From Acidobacteriota bacterium (lineage in GTDB: Bacteria > Actinomycetota > Actinomycetes > Actinomycetales > Microbacteriaceae), in assembly GCA_019352055.1 (NCBI GenBank), contig JABBOB010000006.1, forward strand, positions 10,974 through 74,973: a DNA stretch of 64,000 bases, given 5' to 3'. Shown here one piece after another: positions 8,217 to 18,144 of the stretch. A program made the translations under genes and the position numbers. A model generated the notes under the pieces. That model saw only the letters and a list, made by a program, of their open reading frames with translations, made no database searches and was not told the DNA's origin. Numbering within the stretch: the stretch's first letter is position 1; the number at the start of each line of letters is the position of its first letter.

Positions 8217-9482
8217 GTGTCCACGAACACCGCAGCCGTCCCCACGGCGGCCACCCCCGTCGTCAGCCCGTCCCCCGGCGACGCGCTGCACCCGCGTGCC
8301 CGCACCACCGTCGTCGTGATCCTCGGGCTGCTCGTCGCGCTGGGGCCGTTCACCACCGACCTCTACCTGCCCGCCTTCCCCGCCGTGCAGGCGGCGTTCG
8401 GCACGACCGACGTGGCGATCCAGCTGACGCTGTCCGCGACGGTGCTGGGCTTCGCGCTCGGCCAGGTCGTCGTCGGCCCGATCTCGGACCGCTTCGGCCG
8501 CCGAACGCCGCTGCTCGTCGCGACCTCGGTGCACGTGCTCGCCTGCCTCGGCGCCGCGGTCGCGCCGAACGTGGAGTTGCTCGCCGTGCTCCGCCTGCTG
8601 CAGGGCGTCGGAGCGGCCGGAGGAGGTGTGGTCGCGGCCGCCATGGTGCGGGATCTGTTCCACGGCCACCGCCTGGTCCGCATGCTCGCGAACATGGCGC
8701 TCGTCTCCGGTGCCGCGCCGATCCTGGCGCCGCTGATCGGATCGCAGCTGCTCGCCGTGCTCGACTGGCGCGGTCTGTTCGTCTGCCTCGCGGTCTACGG
8801 CTCCGCCGCACTCACCCTCGCGTCCTTGCGCATCCGCGAGACCCGGACCGCCGACGCGCGGTCCCGAGCGGCGCACGACACCGCCCGTGGCCGCTACGCG
8901 GCGGTGCTCGGCGATCGGGTGTTCCTCGGCGCGATGGTCGTCGGCGCCATGAACGGCGCAGGGCTGTTCTCCTACCTGGCCGTCTCGCCGTTCCTGCTGC
9001 AGGGGGCCTACGGGCTCAGTCCGCAGCAGTACGGCCTGGTCTTCGCGACGAACTCCGTCGGCGTCATCGGCGGCGCGCAGCTGTCGGCGAGGGTGATGCG
9101 CCGAGTCGGGCCGCAATGGATCCTCGTCGGCACGATCTCCGTGCAGCTGCTGAGCGCCGGCGCGCTGCTGACGACCCTGCTCCACCCGGCCCCGCTCGTG
9201 GCCGTGCTCGTGCCGCTCGGGCTCTTCATGACGGCGTGCGGCTTCACGTTCCCCTGCGTGCAGGTGCTCGGCCTGATGCACCATGGGGAGGAGGCCGGTA
9301 CCGCCGCGAGCCTGCTCGGCCTCGGCAACTTCGGCCTCGCCGCACTCACACCGGTGATCGTCGGCGTGCTCGGCGCGTCCGCCGCGTCGTCGATCGGCGT
9401 CGTCGCGGCAGTGGGGGGGACGATCGCGGCCGGATCGCTGGTGCTCCTCGTCCGACCGAGGACGGCCCCGCCGATCGCCTGA
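8217..9482 (+). CDS. MFS transporter, Bcr/CflA drug-resistance subfamily
   Basis: ...LGLLVALGPFTTDLYLPAFPAVQAAFGTTDVAIQLTLSATVLGFALGQVVVGPISDRFGRRTPLL... 12-TM pattern. Confidence 0.9.
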   Translation: MSTNTAAVPTAATPVVSPSPGDALHPRARTTVVVILGLLVALGPFTTDLYLPAFPAVQAAFGTTDVAIQLTLSATVLGFALGQVVVGPISDRFGRRTPLLVATSVHVLACLGAAVAPNVELLAVLRLLQGVGAAGGGVVAAAMVRDLFHGHRLVRMLANMALVSGAAPILAPLIGSQLLAVLDWRGLFVCLAVYGSAALTLASLRIRETRTADARSRAAHDTARGRYAAVLGDRVFLGAMVVGAMNGAGLFSYLAVSPFLLQGAYGLSPQQYGLVFATNSVGVIGGAQLSARVMRRVGPQWILVGTISVQLLSAGALLTTLLHPAPLVAVLVPLGLFMTACGFTFPCVQVLGLMHHGEEAGTAASLLGLGNFGLAALTPVIVGVLGASAASSIGVVAAVGGTIAAGSLVLLVRPRTAPPIA

Positions 9483-9534
9483 CCGCACGCTCCGTTCATC
9501 GGACGCGACGTCCCCCGAAACGGAGCGCGCGCGG

Positions 9535-10947
9535 TCAGGAGGCGGGAGGAGTCGCCGCCGCCGCCGCGCGGGCCGCCGCGGGCAGCGCCTCCTCGACGCG
9601 GCTGAGCGCGGCGTCGTCGTGCGCCGCGGTGAGGAACCAGGCCTCGAACACGGAAGGGGGCAGGCTCACGCCCTGCGCGAGCATCGCGTGGAAGAAGGCC
9701 GGGTGCCGCCACGCCTCCTGGGTGCGGACCTCGTCGTAGTCCCGCGGAGGCGCCGAGAGGCCGAACGCGACGCTGAACAGGTTCCCGGCGCGGGAGACCG
9801 CGTGCTGCACCCCCGCCTCGGTCAGGGAGGCGCGGACTGCCGCGACGACCCGGTCGGCCGCCGCGTCGACCCGGGCGTACACGTCGGCATCGGCCGCACG
9901 GAGCGTCGCGAGGCCAGCCGCGACCGCGAGCGGGTTCCCGGACAGCGTGCCCGCCTGGTACACGGGCCCGAGCGGTGCCAGCAGGTCCATGACCTCTGCC
10001 CGGCCGCCGAGCGCCGCGAGCGGCAGTCCGCCGCCGATGACCTTGCCGTAGGTGAGAAGGTCGGCATCGACCGGACCGGCCGGGTCGAGCGCCCACCAGC
10101 CTCCCGAGTGCACCCGGAACCCCGTGAGCACCTCGTCGAGGATCACCAGGGCACCGTGCTCGTGCGCGACGGCGACGATGGTGCGGTTGAACCCGGCGTC
10201 GGGCGCGACGACGCCCATGTTCGCGGCGGCCGCCTCGGTGATCACGGCGGCGATCCGACCGGGGTGCCGTTCGAACGCGAGCCGGAGGGCCGCCTCGTCG
10301 TTGTACGGCAGCACCAGCGTCAGCGCCGCGATCTCGGGCGGCACCCCCGCGGATGCTGGCAGCGCGAGCGTCGCGACGCCCGATCCGGCGTCCGCGAGCA
10401 GCCCGTCGGAGTGCCCGTGGTAGTGGCCCCCGAACTTGACGACGAGCGGGCGGCCCGTGGCGCCGCGCGCGAGCCGCACGGCCGTCATCGTCGCCTCGGT
10501 GCCCGTGGAGACGAGTCGCAGGCGCTCGATCGGCGACCGACCCTCCCGGTGCACACGGGCACGCACGAGCTCCGCGAGCTCGACCTCGCCCTCCGTCGGC
10601 GCGCCGAAGGACAGCCCCCGGTCGGCCGCCGACTTGACGGCGTCGACGACGACCGGGCTGCCGTGTCCGAGCAGAGCCGGGCCCCAGCTCGCGACCAGGT
10701 CGACGTACTCGCGGTTCTCTGCGTCGTAGACGTAGGGCCCGGATGCGCGCTGCACGAACCGCGGCGCGCCGCCGACCGACCGGTAGGCGCGGACGGGGGA
10801 GTTCACCCCGCCGGGGATGGACCGCTGCGCCCGCTCGAACAGGCGGGTGTTCGCATCCGCGGGCTCCGGCACCTCCACGTGGGGTTCGGCATCCGGAGCG
10901 TCGGCGAGGTGCGCCGCCGCCGTCGAGGTCACCGGCTCCGCAGCCAT
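9535..10947 (-). CDS. hemL: Glutamate-1-semialdehyde 2,1-aminomutase
   Basis: ...[60 protein letters not shown]...[21 protein letters not shown] at 10947 chosen (alternative GTG at 10878). The track ORF extends to 11103. Confidence 0.9.
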   Translation of the reverse strand: MAAEPVTSTAAAHLADAPDAEPHVEVPEPADANTRLFERAQRSIPGGVNSPVRAYRSVGGAPRFVQRASGPYVYDAENREYVDLVASWGPALLGHGSPVVVDAVKSAADRGLSFGAPTEGEVELAELVRARVHREGRSPIERLRLVSTGTEATMTAVRLARGATGRPLVVKFGGHYHGHSDGLLADAGSGVATLALPASAGVPPEIAALTLVLPYNDEAALRLAFERHPGRIAAVITEAAAANMGVVAPDAGFNRTIVAVAHEHGALVILDEVLTGFRVHSGGWWALDPAGPVDADLLTYGKVIGGGLPLAALGGRAEVMDLLAPLGPVYQAGTLSGNPLAVAAGLATLRAADADVYARVDAAADRVVAAVRASLTEAGVQHAVSRAGNLFSVAFGLSAPPRDYDEVRTQEAWRHPAFFHAMLAQGVSLPPSVFEAWFLTAAHDDAALSRVEEALPAAARAAAAATPPAS

Positions 10948-11906
10948 CCGGCCACCTCCACGGCCCAGTAGGTCAGCACCGCATCCGCCCCGGCGCGGCG
11001 GATCGACGTCACGGACTCGAGGATGGTGCGCTCCCGGTCGATCCAGCCGTTGCGCGCGGCGGCCTCGACCATCGCGTACTCGCCGGACACCTGGTACGCC
11101 CACACGGGCACCGGGCTGTCGCGGGCGACGTCGGCCAGCACGTCGAGGTAGAAGGACGCGGGCTTCACCATCACGACGTCCGCCCCCTCCTCCACGTCGA
11201 GCACGGCCTCGCGGCGACCCTCGCGGCGGTTGCCGGGGTCGAGCTGGTAGGTGCGACGGTCCCCCTGCAGCGCGGACTCCACCGCGTCGCGGAAGGGGCC
11301 GTAGAGCGCCGACGCGTACTTGGCCGCGTAGGCGAGGAGCAGCACGTCGGTGCGGCCGTCGGCGTCGAGCGCATCGCGGACCGCAGCCACCTGGCCGTCC
11401 ATCATCCCGGAGAGCCCCAGCATGTGCGATCCGGCCTCGGCCTGCGCGAGGGCCATCTCGCGGTACCGGAGGAGCGTCGCATCGTTGTCGACGGATCCGT
11501 CCGCAGCCAGCACGCCGCAGTGGCCGTGGTCGGTGAACTCGTCGAGGCAGAGGTCGGTCTGGATGACGACCGCGTCCCCCACCTCGGCCGCGACGGCCCG
11601 GGTCGCGACGTTGAGCACACCCTCGGGGTCGGTGGCGCCGGAGCCGACGGCGTCCCGTCGCTCGGGCACGCCGTACAGCATCACGCCGCCCACGCCCGCC
11701 TCCGCGGCCTCGGTCACGGCGCGGCGGAGGCTGTCGAGGGTGTGGTGCAGCGCGCCGGGCATCGACTCGATCGGCCGCGGCTCGGTGAACCCCTCCCGCA
11801 CGAACAGCGGCAGCACGAGCTGAGCGGCATCGATGCGCGTCTCGGACATCAGGCGGCGGACAGCCGTGGACTGGCGAAGGCGGCGGGGTCGGACTGGCAG
11901 CGTCAT
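10929..11906 (-). CDS. hemB: Porphobilinogen synthase (delta-aminolevulinate dehydratase)
   Basis: [39 protein letters not shown]...[15 protein letters not shown]...[16 protein letters not shown] at 11906. Confidence 0.95.
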   Translation of the reverse strand: MTLPVRPRRLRQSTAVRRLMSETRIDAAQLVLPLFVREGFTEPRPIESMPGALHHTLDSLRRAVTEAAEAGVGGVMLYGVPERRDAVGSGATDPEGVLNVATRAVAAEVGDAVVIQTDLCLDEFTDHGHCGVLAADGSVDNDATLLRYREMALAQAEAGSHMLGLSGMMDGQVAAVRDALDADGRTDVLLLAYAAKYASALYGPFRDAVESALQGDRRTYQLDPGNRREGRREAVLDVEEGADVVMVKPASFYLDVLADVARDSPVPVWAYQVSGEYAMVEAAARNGWIDRERTILESVTSIRRAGADAVLTYWAVEVAGWLRSR

Positions 11907-12691
11907 GGGAGGGGTCCCTGCATGGGTCGACGGACGGCGAGCTCCTCGAGCGTGTCGATCAGCGACTCGCTGCTGCGCTCTCTTGCGACCAGGTCGACCC
12001 GGAGGCCCGCCGCCTCCGCGTCGACCGCCGTGCGCGGGCCGATGCAGGCGATGACGGTGCGGGAGGGGACGAGGCCGATCTGGATCGAGATCTGGTTGGC
12101 GACGCTGCCCGAGGTGATCAGGATGGCGTCGAACTGGCCCGCGGCGACGCGCGCGACGGTGTCGGGCGCGATCGGCACGCCCACCGTCCGGTAGGCGACG
12201 ACCGCATCCACGTCGTGACCGGCGGCGCGCAGGCCGTCGGTCAGCACGGGCTTCGCGATGTCGCTGCGGAGCGCCAGGATGCGAAGCGGCACGACGCCGT
12301 CCGTGGCCTCGGCCCACTCCGCCAGCAGCCCGCTCGCGGAGTTGTCCCGGCGCGGGACGAAGTCGACCCGGTAGCCGGCGGCGCCCAGCGCGGCGGCCGT
12401 CGTCTCGCCCACCGCGGCGATCCGGGTGTGGTCCGGGATCACGGCGCGGTGCGCGGCGAGCACGTCGACCGTGGTCGCGCTGGTGACCGAGATCCAGTCG
12501 TAGTCGCCCGCAGCGAGGCGCGCGAGCCCGCGGTCGAGGGCCGGCTCGTCCGCCGTGCCCGCGAAGTTGATGGACGGGGCGACCACGGGGATCGCGCCGC
12601 GGAGCCGGAGCTCCGCCGCGACCCCGTGCCCCCAGGGACCGCCGCGGGGGACGAGCACGCGCCAGCCGCGCAGCGGCTTCTCGGCCGTCAT
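11903..12691 (-). CDS. hemD: Uroporphyrinogen-III synthase
   Basis: [18 protein letters not shown]...[14 protein letters not shown]...[10 protein letters not shown]... ATG at 12691. 4-nt overlaps with both hemC and hemB. Confidence 0.85.
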   Translation of the reverse strand: MTAEKPLRGWRVLVPRGGPWGHGVAAELRLRGAIPVVAPSINFAGTADEPALDRGLARLAAGDYDWISVTSATTVDVLAAHRAVIPDHTRIAAVGETTAAALGAAGYRVDFVPRRDNSASGLLAEWAEATDGVVPLRILALRSDIAKPVLTDGLRAAGHDVDAVVAYRTVGVPIAPDTVARVAAGQFDAILITSGSVANQISIQIGLVPSRTVIACIGPRTAVDAEAAGLRVDLVARERSSESLIDTLEELAVRRPMQGPLP

Positions 12692-13629
12692 GCCGTCGCT
12701 CCGAGCGGTGCGAGGTCGGCGGCTCCGGCTGCGAGGAGGTCGGCTGCGAGCGCCTCGGCGGCCGCGATGAGCGCCGCGGACCGCTCTGGGGCCGTGAACG
12801 TCACGGAGCGGCGCCGGTGGATGCGGGCGCCTCCTCCGGGGCGGTGCACGGACGCCCACAGGGAGGCGGACCCGTGCTCGACCGAGCTGGCCACGCCGAT
12901 CGGCGCCGCGCAGCCCGCCTCCAGCAGCCCGAGCACGCGCCGCTCGGCGACCGCCGCGTCGCGCGCGACCGGATCGGTCAGCGCGGCCACCAGCGCGCCG
13001 AGCGCGGTCGCCGGATCGGCGTCCGCGTCCCGCACCTCGAGCGCCAGCGCCCCCTGGCCCGCGGCCGTCGGCCAGGCGTCGAGCCCGAGCAGCTCGGTGA
13101 CCGCGTCGAGCCTCCCGAGCCGGGCGAGTCCGGCCGAGGACAGCACCACGGCGTCGAGCGCGCCGTCGCGGACCCTGCTCAGCCGGGTGTCGACGTTGCC
13201 GCGCAGGTCGACGACCTGCAGGTCGGGGCGGCGATCGACGAGCTGCGCGTGCCGACGCGGGGATCCCGTGCCGACCACGGCACCCGCGGGCAGGCCGGCG
13301 AGGTCGAGCCCGTCCCGGGCGCACAGAGCGTCACGGGCGTCCTCCCTCTGCGGTACGCCGGCCACAGCGAGCCCGGGTTCGGGCGCGACGGGCAGGTCCT
13401 TCAGGGAGTGCACGACCAGGTCGACCTCCCCCTCGGCGAGCGCCGAGCGCAGCGCGCCGGCGAACACGCCCGTCCCGCCGATCTGCGCGAGCGAGGCCTT
13501 GGAGACGTCCCCGGCGGTCGTCACGACGACGAGCTCGCAAGGCCGTCCGAGCCCGACGATCGCGTCACGGATGCGGCCGGCCTGGGCGAGCGCCAGCGCG
13601 CTCCCCCTCGTGCCGAGCCGCACCGTCAC
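12688..13629 (-). CDS. hemC: Hydroxymethylbilane synthase (porphobilinogen deaminase)
   Basis: VTVRLGTRGSALALAQAGRIRDAI...VHSLKDLP...VGTGSPRRHAQL...RGNVDTRLSRV. GTG at 13629 overlaps the hemH stop (GTGA). Confidence 0.95.
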   Translation of the reverse strand: MTVRLGTRGSALALAQAGRIRDAIVGLGRPCELVVVTTAGDVSKASLAQIGGTGVFAGALRSALAEGEVDLVVHSLKDLPVAPEPGLAVAGVPQREDARDALCARDGLDLAGLPAGAVVGTGSPRRHAQLVDRRPDLQVVDLRGNVDTRLSRVRDGALDAVVLSSAGLARLGRLDAVTELLGLDAWPTAAGQGALALEVRDADADPATALGALVAALTDPVARDAAVAERRVLGLLEAGCAAPIGVASSVEHGSASLWASVHRPGGGARIHRRRSVTFTAPERSAALIAAAEALAADLLAAGAADLAPLGATA

Positions 13630-14801
13630 GGCGCGAGCCCCGACACCGCCGGGCGGAAGCCCAGTCGGGCGTTCTCGCAGCAGCCCGGTCGGCAGACGTC
13701 GTACCAGGGCCCCAGCGCGGTCTCCGCCGGCCGATCCCCGGCGGGCGTGCCGTGCACGCGCTCGAGGACCAGGTCGACGAGGCCGGCGACGTACGCGGGG
13801 TCGACACCCGGCGTCGGGGTCCGGACCGCGACGAGACCGAGGCCTTCGGCGGTCTCCGTCGCCTCCTCGTCGAGGTCCCACATGACCTCCATGTGGTCCG
13901 ACACGAAACCGAGGGGCACCAGCAGCACGCCCCGGATGCCGCGGGCGGCGAGGTCGCGCAGGGCGTCGTTCACATCGGGTTCGAGCCACGGCTGGGTCGG
14001 AGGCCCGCTGCGGGACTGGTAGACGAGGTCCCACGGCACGTCCCGGCCCGCGCGGGCCACCACGACCTCGGCGACGGCCCGGTGCTGGGCCGCGTAGGCG
14101 CCGCCCTCGCCGAACCCGCGCGCGGCCGGCCCGCTCTTCGCGGCGTCGCCCTCGGGGATGGAGTGCGTGCAGAACAGGATGTGCGCCTCGGTCGCCAGGT
14201 CGATCCCCGGGACGCGGCGCTCCAGCTCGGCCAGCCCGTCCGCGACCCCGGCGGTGAACGGCGCGACGAAGCCGGGGTGGTCGAAGTACTGCCGCACCTT
14301 GTCGATCACCATCGTGTCCGCGAGCCCCGTCCCGTCGAGCTCGCGGGCGAAGTCCTCGCGGTACTGGCGGCAGGAGGAATACGAGCTGTAGGCGCTCGTC
14401 GCGATCGCGATCAGGGTCCGTGCTCCGTCCGCGGCCGCTTCCTGCAGGGCGTCGGCGAGGTAGGGACCCCAGTTCCGGTTGCCCCAGTAGACGGGCAGGT
14501 CCACGCCCCGCGCGGCCAGCTCGGTCTCGAGCGCCGCCTTCAGCGCGCGGTTCTGCGCGTTGATCGGCGAGACGCCGCCGAAGTGCCGATAGTGGTGCGC
14601 GACCTCCTCGAGCCGCTCGTCGGGGATCCCGCGCCCCCGTGTGACGTTCCGGAGGAATGGGATCACGTCCTCCTGCCCCTCGGGGCCGCCGAAGCTCGCC
14701 AGCAGGACGGCGTCGTAGGCGACGGGCTCGGTGACGTGCTCCGGCCCGGAGGATGCGGGCTCGGAGGCGTTCCGCACCCGACCCAGGTTGACGGCGGTCA
14801 C
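13626..14801 (-). CDS. hemH: Ferrochelatase (coproporphyrin ferrochelatase type)
   Basis: ...YDAVLLASFGGPEGQEDVIPFLRNVTRGRGIPDERLEEVAHHY...LFCTHSIPEGDA...LVPLGFVSDHMEVMWDLD, with a Cys-containing C-terminal tail (CRPGCC). GTG at 14801 overlaps the hemQ stop. Confidence 0.9.
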   Translation of the reverse strand: MTAVNLGRVRNASEPASSGPEHVTEPVAYDAVLLASFGGPEGQEDVIPFLRNVTRGRGIPDERLEEVAHHYRHFGGVSPINAQNRALKAALETELAARGVDLPVYWGNRNWGPYLADALQEAAADGARTLIAIATSAYSSYSSCRQYREDFARELDGTGLADTMVIDKVRQYFDHPGFVAPFTAGVADGLAELERRVPGIDLATEAHILFCTHSIPEGDAAKSGPAARGFGEGGAYAAQHRAVAEVVVARAGRDVPWDLVYQSRSGPPTQPWLEPDVNDALRDLAARGIRGVLLVPLGFVSDHMEVMWDLDEEATETAEGLGLVAVRTPTPGVDPAYVAGLVDLVLERVHGTPAGDRPAETALGPWYDVCRPGCCENARLGFRPAVSGLAP

Positions 14802-15460
14802 GACAGCACCTCGTAGATCTCGCTCGGCTCGATGCGGCGACCCGTGAAGAACGGCGTCTCCTCGTTGACGTGCAGGCGCGCCTCCGTCGCACGGAGGTCG
14901 CGCATCATGTCGACGAGGTCGACCAGCGAGTCCGACTCCATCGGCAGGATCCACTCGTAGTCGCCGAGGGCGAAGGCGGAGACCGTGTTCGCCACGACGG
15001 ACGTGAACGCCGCGCCCTTGCGGCCGTGCTCGGCGAGCATCCGCTTGCGGTCCTCCTCCGGCAGCACGTACCAGTCGTAGCCGCGGACGAAGGGGTACAC
15101 CGCGAGCCAGTCGCGTGCCCGCTCCCCCCGGAGGAAGCCCGGCACGTGGCTGCGGGTGAACTCGGCCTCGCGGTGCACGCCCAGCGCGCTCCAGGTGGGG
15201 AGCAGAGCAGCGATCATCGCGGTGCGGCGGATGCGGCGGACCGCCGCCTGCAGCGCTGCGGGATCGCCGCCGTGCAGCCAGAACATGACGTCCGCGTCGG
15301 CTCGGAGCCCGGACACGTCGTACACGCCGCGTGTCACCACCCCGCCCGCCGCGAGCTCCTCCAGCACGTGCTCGAGGTGCTCGGACGACTCGTCCCCGGG
15401 CACCTGCCCTGCGGTCCCTCGACGGAACACGGCCCAGAGGGCCCAGCCCTCATCTGTCAT
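14798..15460 (-). CDS. hemQ: Coproheme decarboxylase (HemQ/ChdC, chlorite dismutase family)
   Basis: MTDEGWALWAVFRR...VYDVSGLRADADVMFWLHG...AVYPFVRGYDWYVLPEEDRKRMLAEHGR...ANTVSAFALGDYEWILPMESD. ATG at 15460. Confidence 0.9.
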   Translation of the reverse strand: MTDEGWALWAVFRRGTAGQVPGDESSEHLEHVLEELAAGGVVTRGVYDVSGLRADADVMFWLHGGDPAALQAAVRRIRRTAMIAALLPTWSALGVHREAEFTRSHVPGFLRGERARDWLAVYPFVRGYDWYVLPEEDRKRMLAEHGRKGAAFTSVVANTVSAFALGDYEWILPMESDSLVDLVDMMRDLRATEARLHVNEETPFFTGRRIEPSEIYEVLS

Positions 15461-15762
15461 GGTGCGGTACTTCCTTGCCGGCAGCACGTCTCGATGTCTG
15501 CGCGGGCTGCTGCGACCCGCGCGAGGCACGGCGCCGGGGGAGCGCCGATCCGGCCAGCCACAGCGCGAACCCCCACCAGTGTCGCACCGTGTCCATGGGA
15601 CGTTGATCCGCCCACCGATCACCGCCCGCCCACCTCCGCTGTTCCGGGGCGGGGGTGACGCACCGCAGAGCCCGACCGGGGCGCTCCGATCCGAGCGCCG
15701 GGACGACGGAGGGGGTCTCTCGCAGCAGATCGCCGGCGAACGGGGTCGCGGCGCGAGGACGT

Positions 15763-16023
15763 CTACCGGCGCGCGGCCCGGATGATCAGCGCCGTGACGC
15801 CGGCCAGCAGTCCGGCAGCACCCGCCAGCGCGGCGTAGACGATCTCGGGGCGCTCCTGGCGGATCGCGTCCAGCCGATCGATCGCGTCCTGCACCGCAGC
15901 GCGGACCCGCTTCGGCACGTCGAGGCGCTCCTCGATCGCATCGAGCGTCTCGGCGAGCCGCTGCCGGGTGGCCTCGATGTCGGACCGGATCTCGGAGAGC
16001 TGTCGCTCCTTGTCATCGGTCAT
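15763..16023 (-). CDS. DUF3618 domain small membrane-anchored protein
   Basis: MTDDKERQLSEIRSDIEATRQRLAETLDAIEERLDVPKRV..., with a C-terminal TM helix (IVYAALAGAAGLLAGVTALII). Confidence 0.7.
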   Translation of the reverse strand: MTDDKERQLSEIRSDIEATRQRLAETLDAIEERLDVPKRVRAAVQDAIDRLDAIRQERPEIVYAALAGAAGLLAGVTALIIRAARR

Positions 16024-16423
16024 ACTGCTGGACCCCCTTGAACGCCTTCACGTCGTCTTTCACGCTGTCGACCGCTTCCTTCGGCACGGGTGGGACGCCC
16101 TTCTTCACGCGGTTCAGGCCGATCAGCGCGAAGAGCACGGCGACGAGCAGCAGCGCCACGCCGACGATGAGTGCCGAGAGCCAGAGCGGCAACGCCTCCG
16201 CGATGCCGAAGACGGCCGCCGCCATCAGCGGGAAGGCCGCGAAATAGAGGAACACCGCGGCCACGATGAACAGCGCGATGCCGATGCCCGCGCTCTTGAG
16301 GCGGGTGATCGCCTCGCGCTTGATCTGCTCGATCTCATCGCGGATCAGCGTCGTGATGATGCCGGGGAGCTCTCCGATGAGTGCGAAGACGGATTTCTTG
16401 CCGTCGACCGTCGATTCCGCCAT
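16013..16423 (-). CDS. Phage-holin-family protein (actinobacterial Holin-X type, two TM helices)
   Basis: MAESTVDGKKSVFALIGELPGIITTLIRDEIEQIKREAITRLKSAGIGIALFIVAAVFLYFAAFPLMAAAVFGIAEALPLWLSALIVGVALLL... ATG at 16423. Confidence 0.7.
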   Translation of the reverse strand: MAESTVDGKKSVFALIGELPGIITTLIRDEIEQIKREAITRLKSAGIGIALFIVAAVFLYFAAFPLMAAAVFGIAEALPLWLSALIVGVALLLVAVLFALIGLNRVKKGVPPVPKEAVDSVKDDVKAFKGVQQYDR

Positions 16424-16428
16424 CGTCG

Positions 16429-16707
16429 TCAGATGGACGGCGACGGCACGCCGTCGTCGTCGCTCTTCTTCACCTTCGCGACGACCTTCTTGGCCTGGCC
16501 CACGACGGCGTCCTGCACCTCGGGCGCCTTGTCCTTGACGAATCCCTGCACGGTGCCGACGACCTCGTTCACGCCCTTCTGGACGTTGCGGTCGTTCCAC
16601 ACGCGGTCCGCGGCGCTCTTGATCTGCTCGTACCGCCGACGACCGGCCCGCGCACCCAGGACGTACCCGACGGCTGCGCCGGCGACGAAGAGAATTCGGC
16701 CCTGCAT
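16429..16707 (-). CDS. YtxH-like small membrane protein
   Basis: MQGRILFVAGAAVGYVLGARAGRRRYEQIKSAADRVW... has an N-terminal TM helix with a GxxxG pattern and a charged helical tail. Confidence 0.65.
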   Translation of the reverse strand: MQGRILFVAGAAVGYVLGARAGRRRYEQIKSAADRVWNDRNVQKGVNEVVGTVQGFVKDKAPEVQDAVVGQAKKVVAKVKKSDDDGVPSPSI

Positions 16708-16806
16708 GGCTCACCCCTTTGCTCGGAAGGCCCCCGTTCACCTGCAAGGACCGGCATTCACTGTATCGACCGACGTCTGAGTGCTCAGGATCTTCTCGAC
16801 GGATGA

Positions 16807-18144
16807 TCAGGGGACATGTGGCCGTCCCGCCTGCTCGGCGCGCGCCACGACCGATGCGAGCCCGGTCCCTGCGACCCAGGAACCGGCGACCGTGAGGCCT
16901 GCGGGCAGCACGGCACGGTCGAGGGCTGCGCGGATGGCGATCGTCTCGGGCGCCAGGGCGGGCACGGTGTCGGCCCAGATCGCATCCGTGCGATCGGCGA
17001 TCCGGAGGCGGTCCAGGCCGAGCAGCGCGGCCGCGTCCGCGGCCACGACGGCGTCGCCGCGCGGCTCCGCTCCGCGGTATGCGAGGCGCAGCAGGTGCCG
17101 ACCGCTCCCGGCCCGCTCGGCGAGCCACGGCCACTTGGCGGTGAGGTGCGTGATCGCCGTCGCCGTCACGTCCGCGCGGCCCTCGGCCCGGAGCACCCCG
17201 GTCCCGCGGGGGGCGGCGTCGAGCCGCTCGTCCTCCACCAGGAGGAGCACCGCGCGGGTGCCGGCCGGGACCGGGCGGCGCATCGCCGCGAGCGTCGGCG
17301 CGGCATCGGCCAGCAGCTCGAGGGCGGCCGCGCCGTCGGCGGCGAGCACCACCCGGTCGGCCTCGAAGTCCTCACGTCCCGTCGTGACCGTGAACGGGCC
17401 GCCCTCCGACGCCGGGTGCACGCCGATCACCGGCGTCCCGGTGCGCACATCGACGCCGAGGCTGCGGAGCCGCTCGCCGAGCGCCTCCACGAGACGGTGC
17501 ACGCCGCCCTCGATGCCGTGCGCCGCCGAACCCGCCGGCGCCGCGGCCCGCAGTCGGAGCACCGCACCGGAGAGCGATCCCGCGGCGGTGATCTCGGCGT
17601 TGAGACCGGGGGCGATGGCATCGACCGGAACGGCGTCGGGATCCGCGCCGTAGACGTTCTGCACGACGGGCGCGACGAGGCGCTCGAGCACGCGGTCGCC
17701 CATCCGCGCGCGGACCATCGGGCCGAGGCGGTCGTACCGGCCCACCTTCAGCACGGGGAGGAGCCGGTCGAGGTAGGCACGGGCAGCACCCCGGCCGTCG
17801 ATCGCGCGGATCACGTCCGCCGCGGCGGGAGACGACGGGATGCCGAGCACACCGCCGGCCGGGAGCGGGACGGTCCGGTCGGCGAGCGCCACCCACGCGG
17901 AACCCGATGGTTCTCGCACGGCCGGACCGAGCCCGAGGTCGTCGACGAGGGCCCGGACGGTGCCCCCCCGGACGGCGAAGCTCTCCGCCCCGACGTCGAC
18001 CGCCACGCCGCCGAGCACGGCGCGGGCGACCCGTCCCCCGAGCCGGCCGGACGCCTCCAGCAGCACGACCTCGTCGCCGTGGATCGCGAGTCGCCTGGCC
18101 GCGACCAGACCGGCGACCCCCCCGCCGATCACCACGGCCCGCAT
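16807..18144 (-). CDS. hemY: Protoporphyrinogen/coproporphyrinogen III oxidase (HemY/CgoX, FAD-dependent)
   Basis: MRAVVIGGGVAGLVAARRLAIHGDEVVLLEASGRLGGRV... is the dinucleotide-binding fold. ...GSWVAGTGLASVV lies at the C-terminus. ATG at 18144 shares one base with the hemE stop. Confidence 0.85.
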   Translation of the reverse strand: MRAVVIGGGVAGLVAARRLAIHGDEVVLLEASGRLGGRVARAVLGGVAVDVGAESFAVRGGTVRALVDDLGLGPAVREPSGSAWVALADRTVPLPAGGVLGIPSSPAAADVIRAIDGRGAARAYLDRLLPVLKVGRYDRLGPMVRARMGDRVLERLVAPVVQNVYGADPDAVPVDAIAPGLNAEITAAGSLSGAVLRLRAAAPAGSAAHGIEGGVHRLVEALGERLRSLGVDVRTGTPVIGVHPASEGGPFTVTTGREDFEADRVVLAADGAAALELLADAAPTLAAMRRPVPAGTRAVLLLVEDERLDAAPRGTGVLRAEGRADVTATAITHLTAKWPWLAERAGSGRHLLRLAYRGAEPRGDAVVAADAAALLGLDRLRIADRTDAIWADTVPALAPETIAIRAALDRAVLPAGLTVAGSWVAGTGLASVVARAEQAGRPHVP

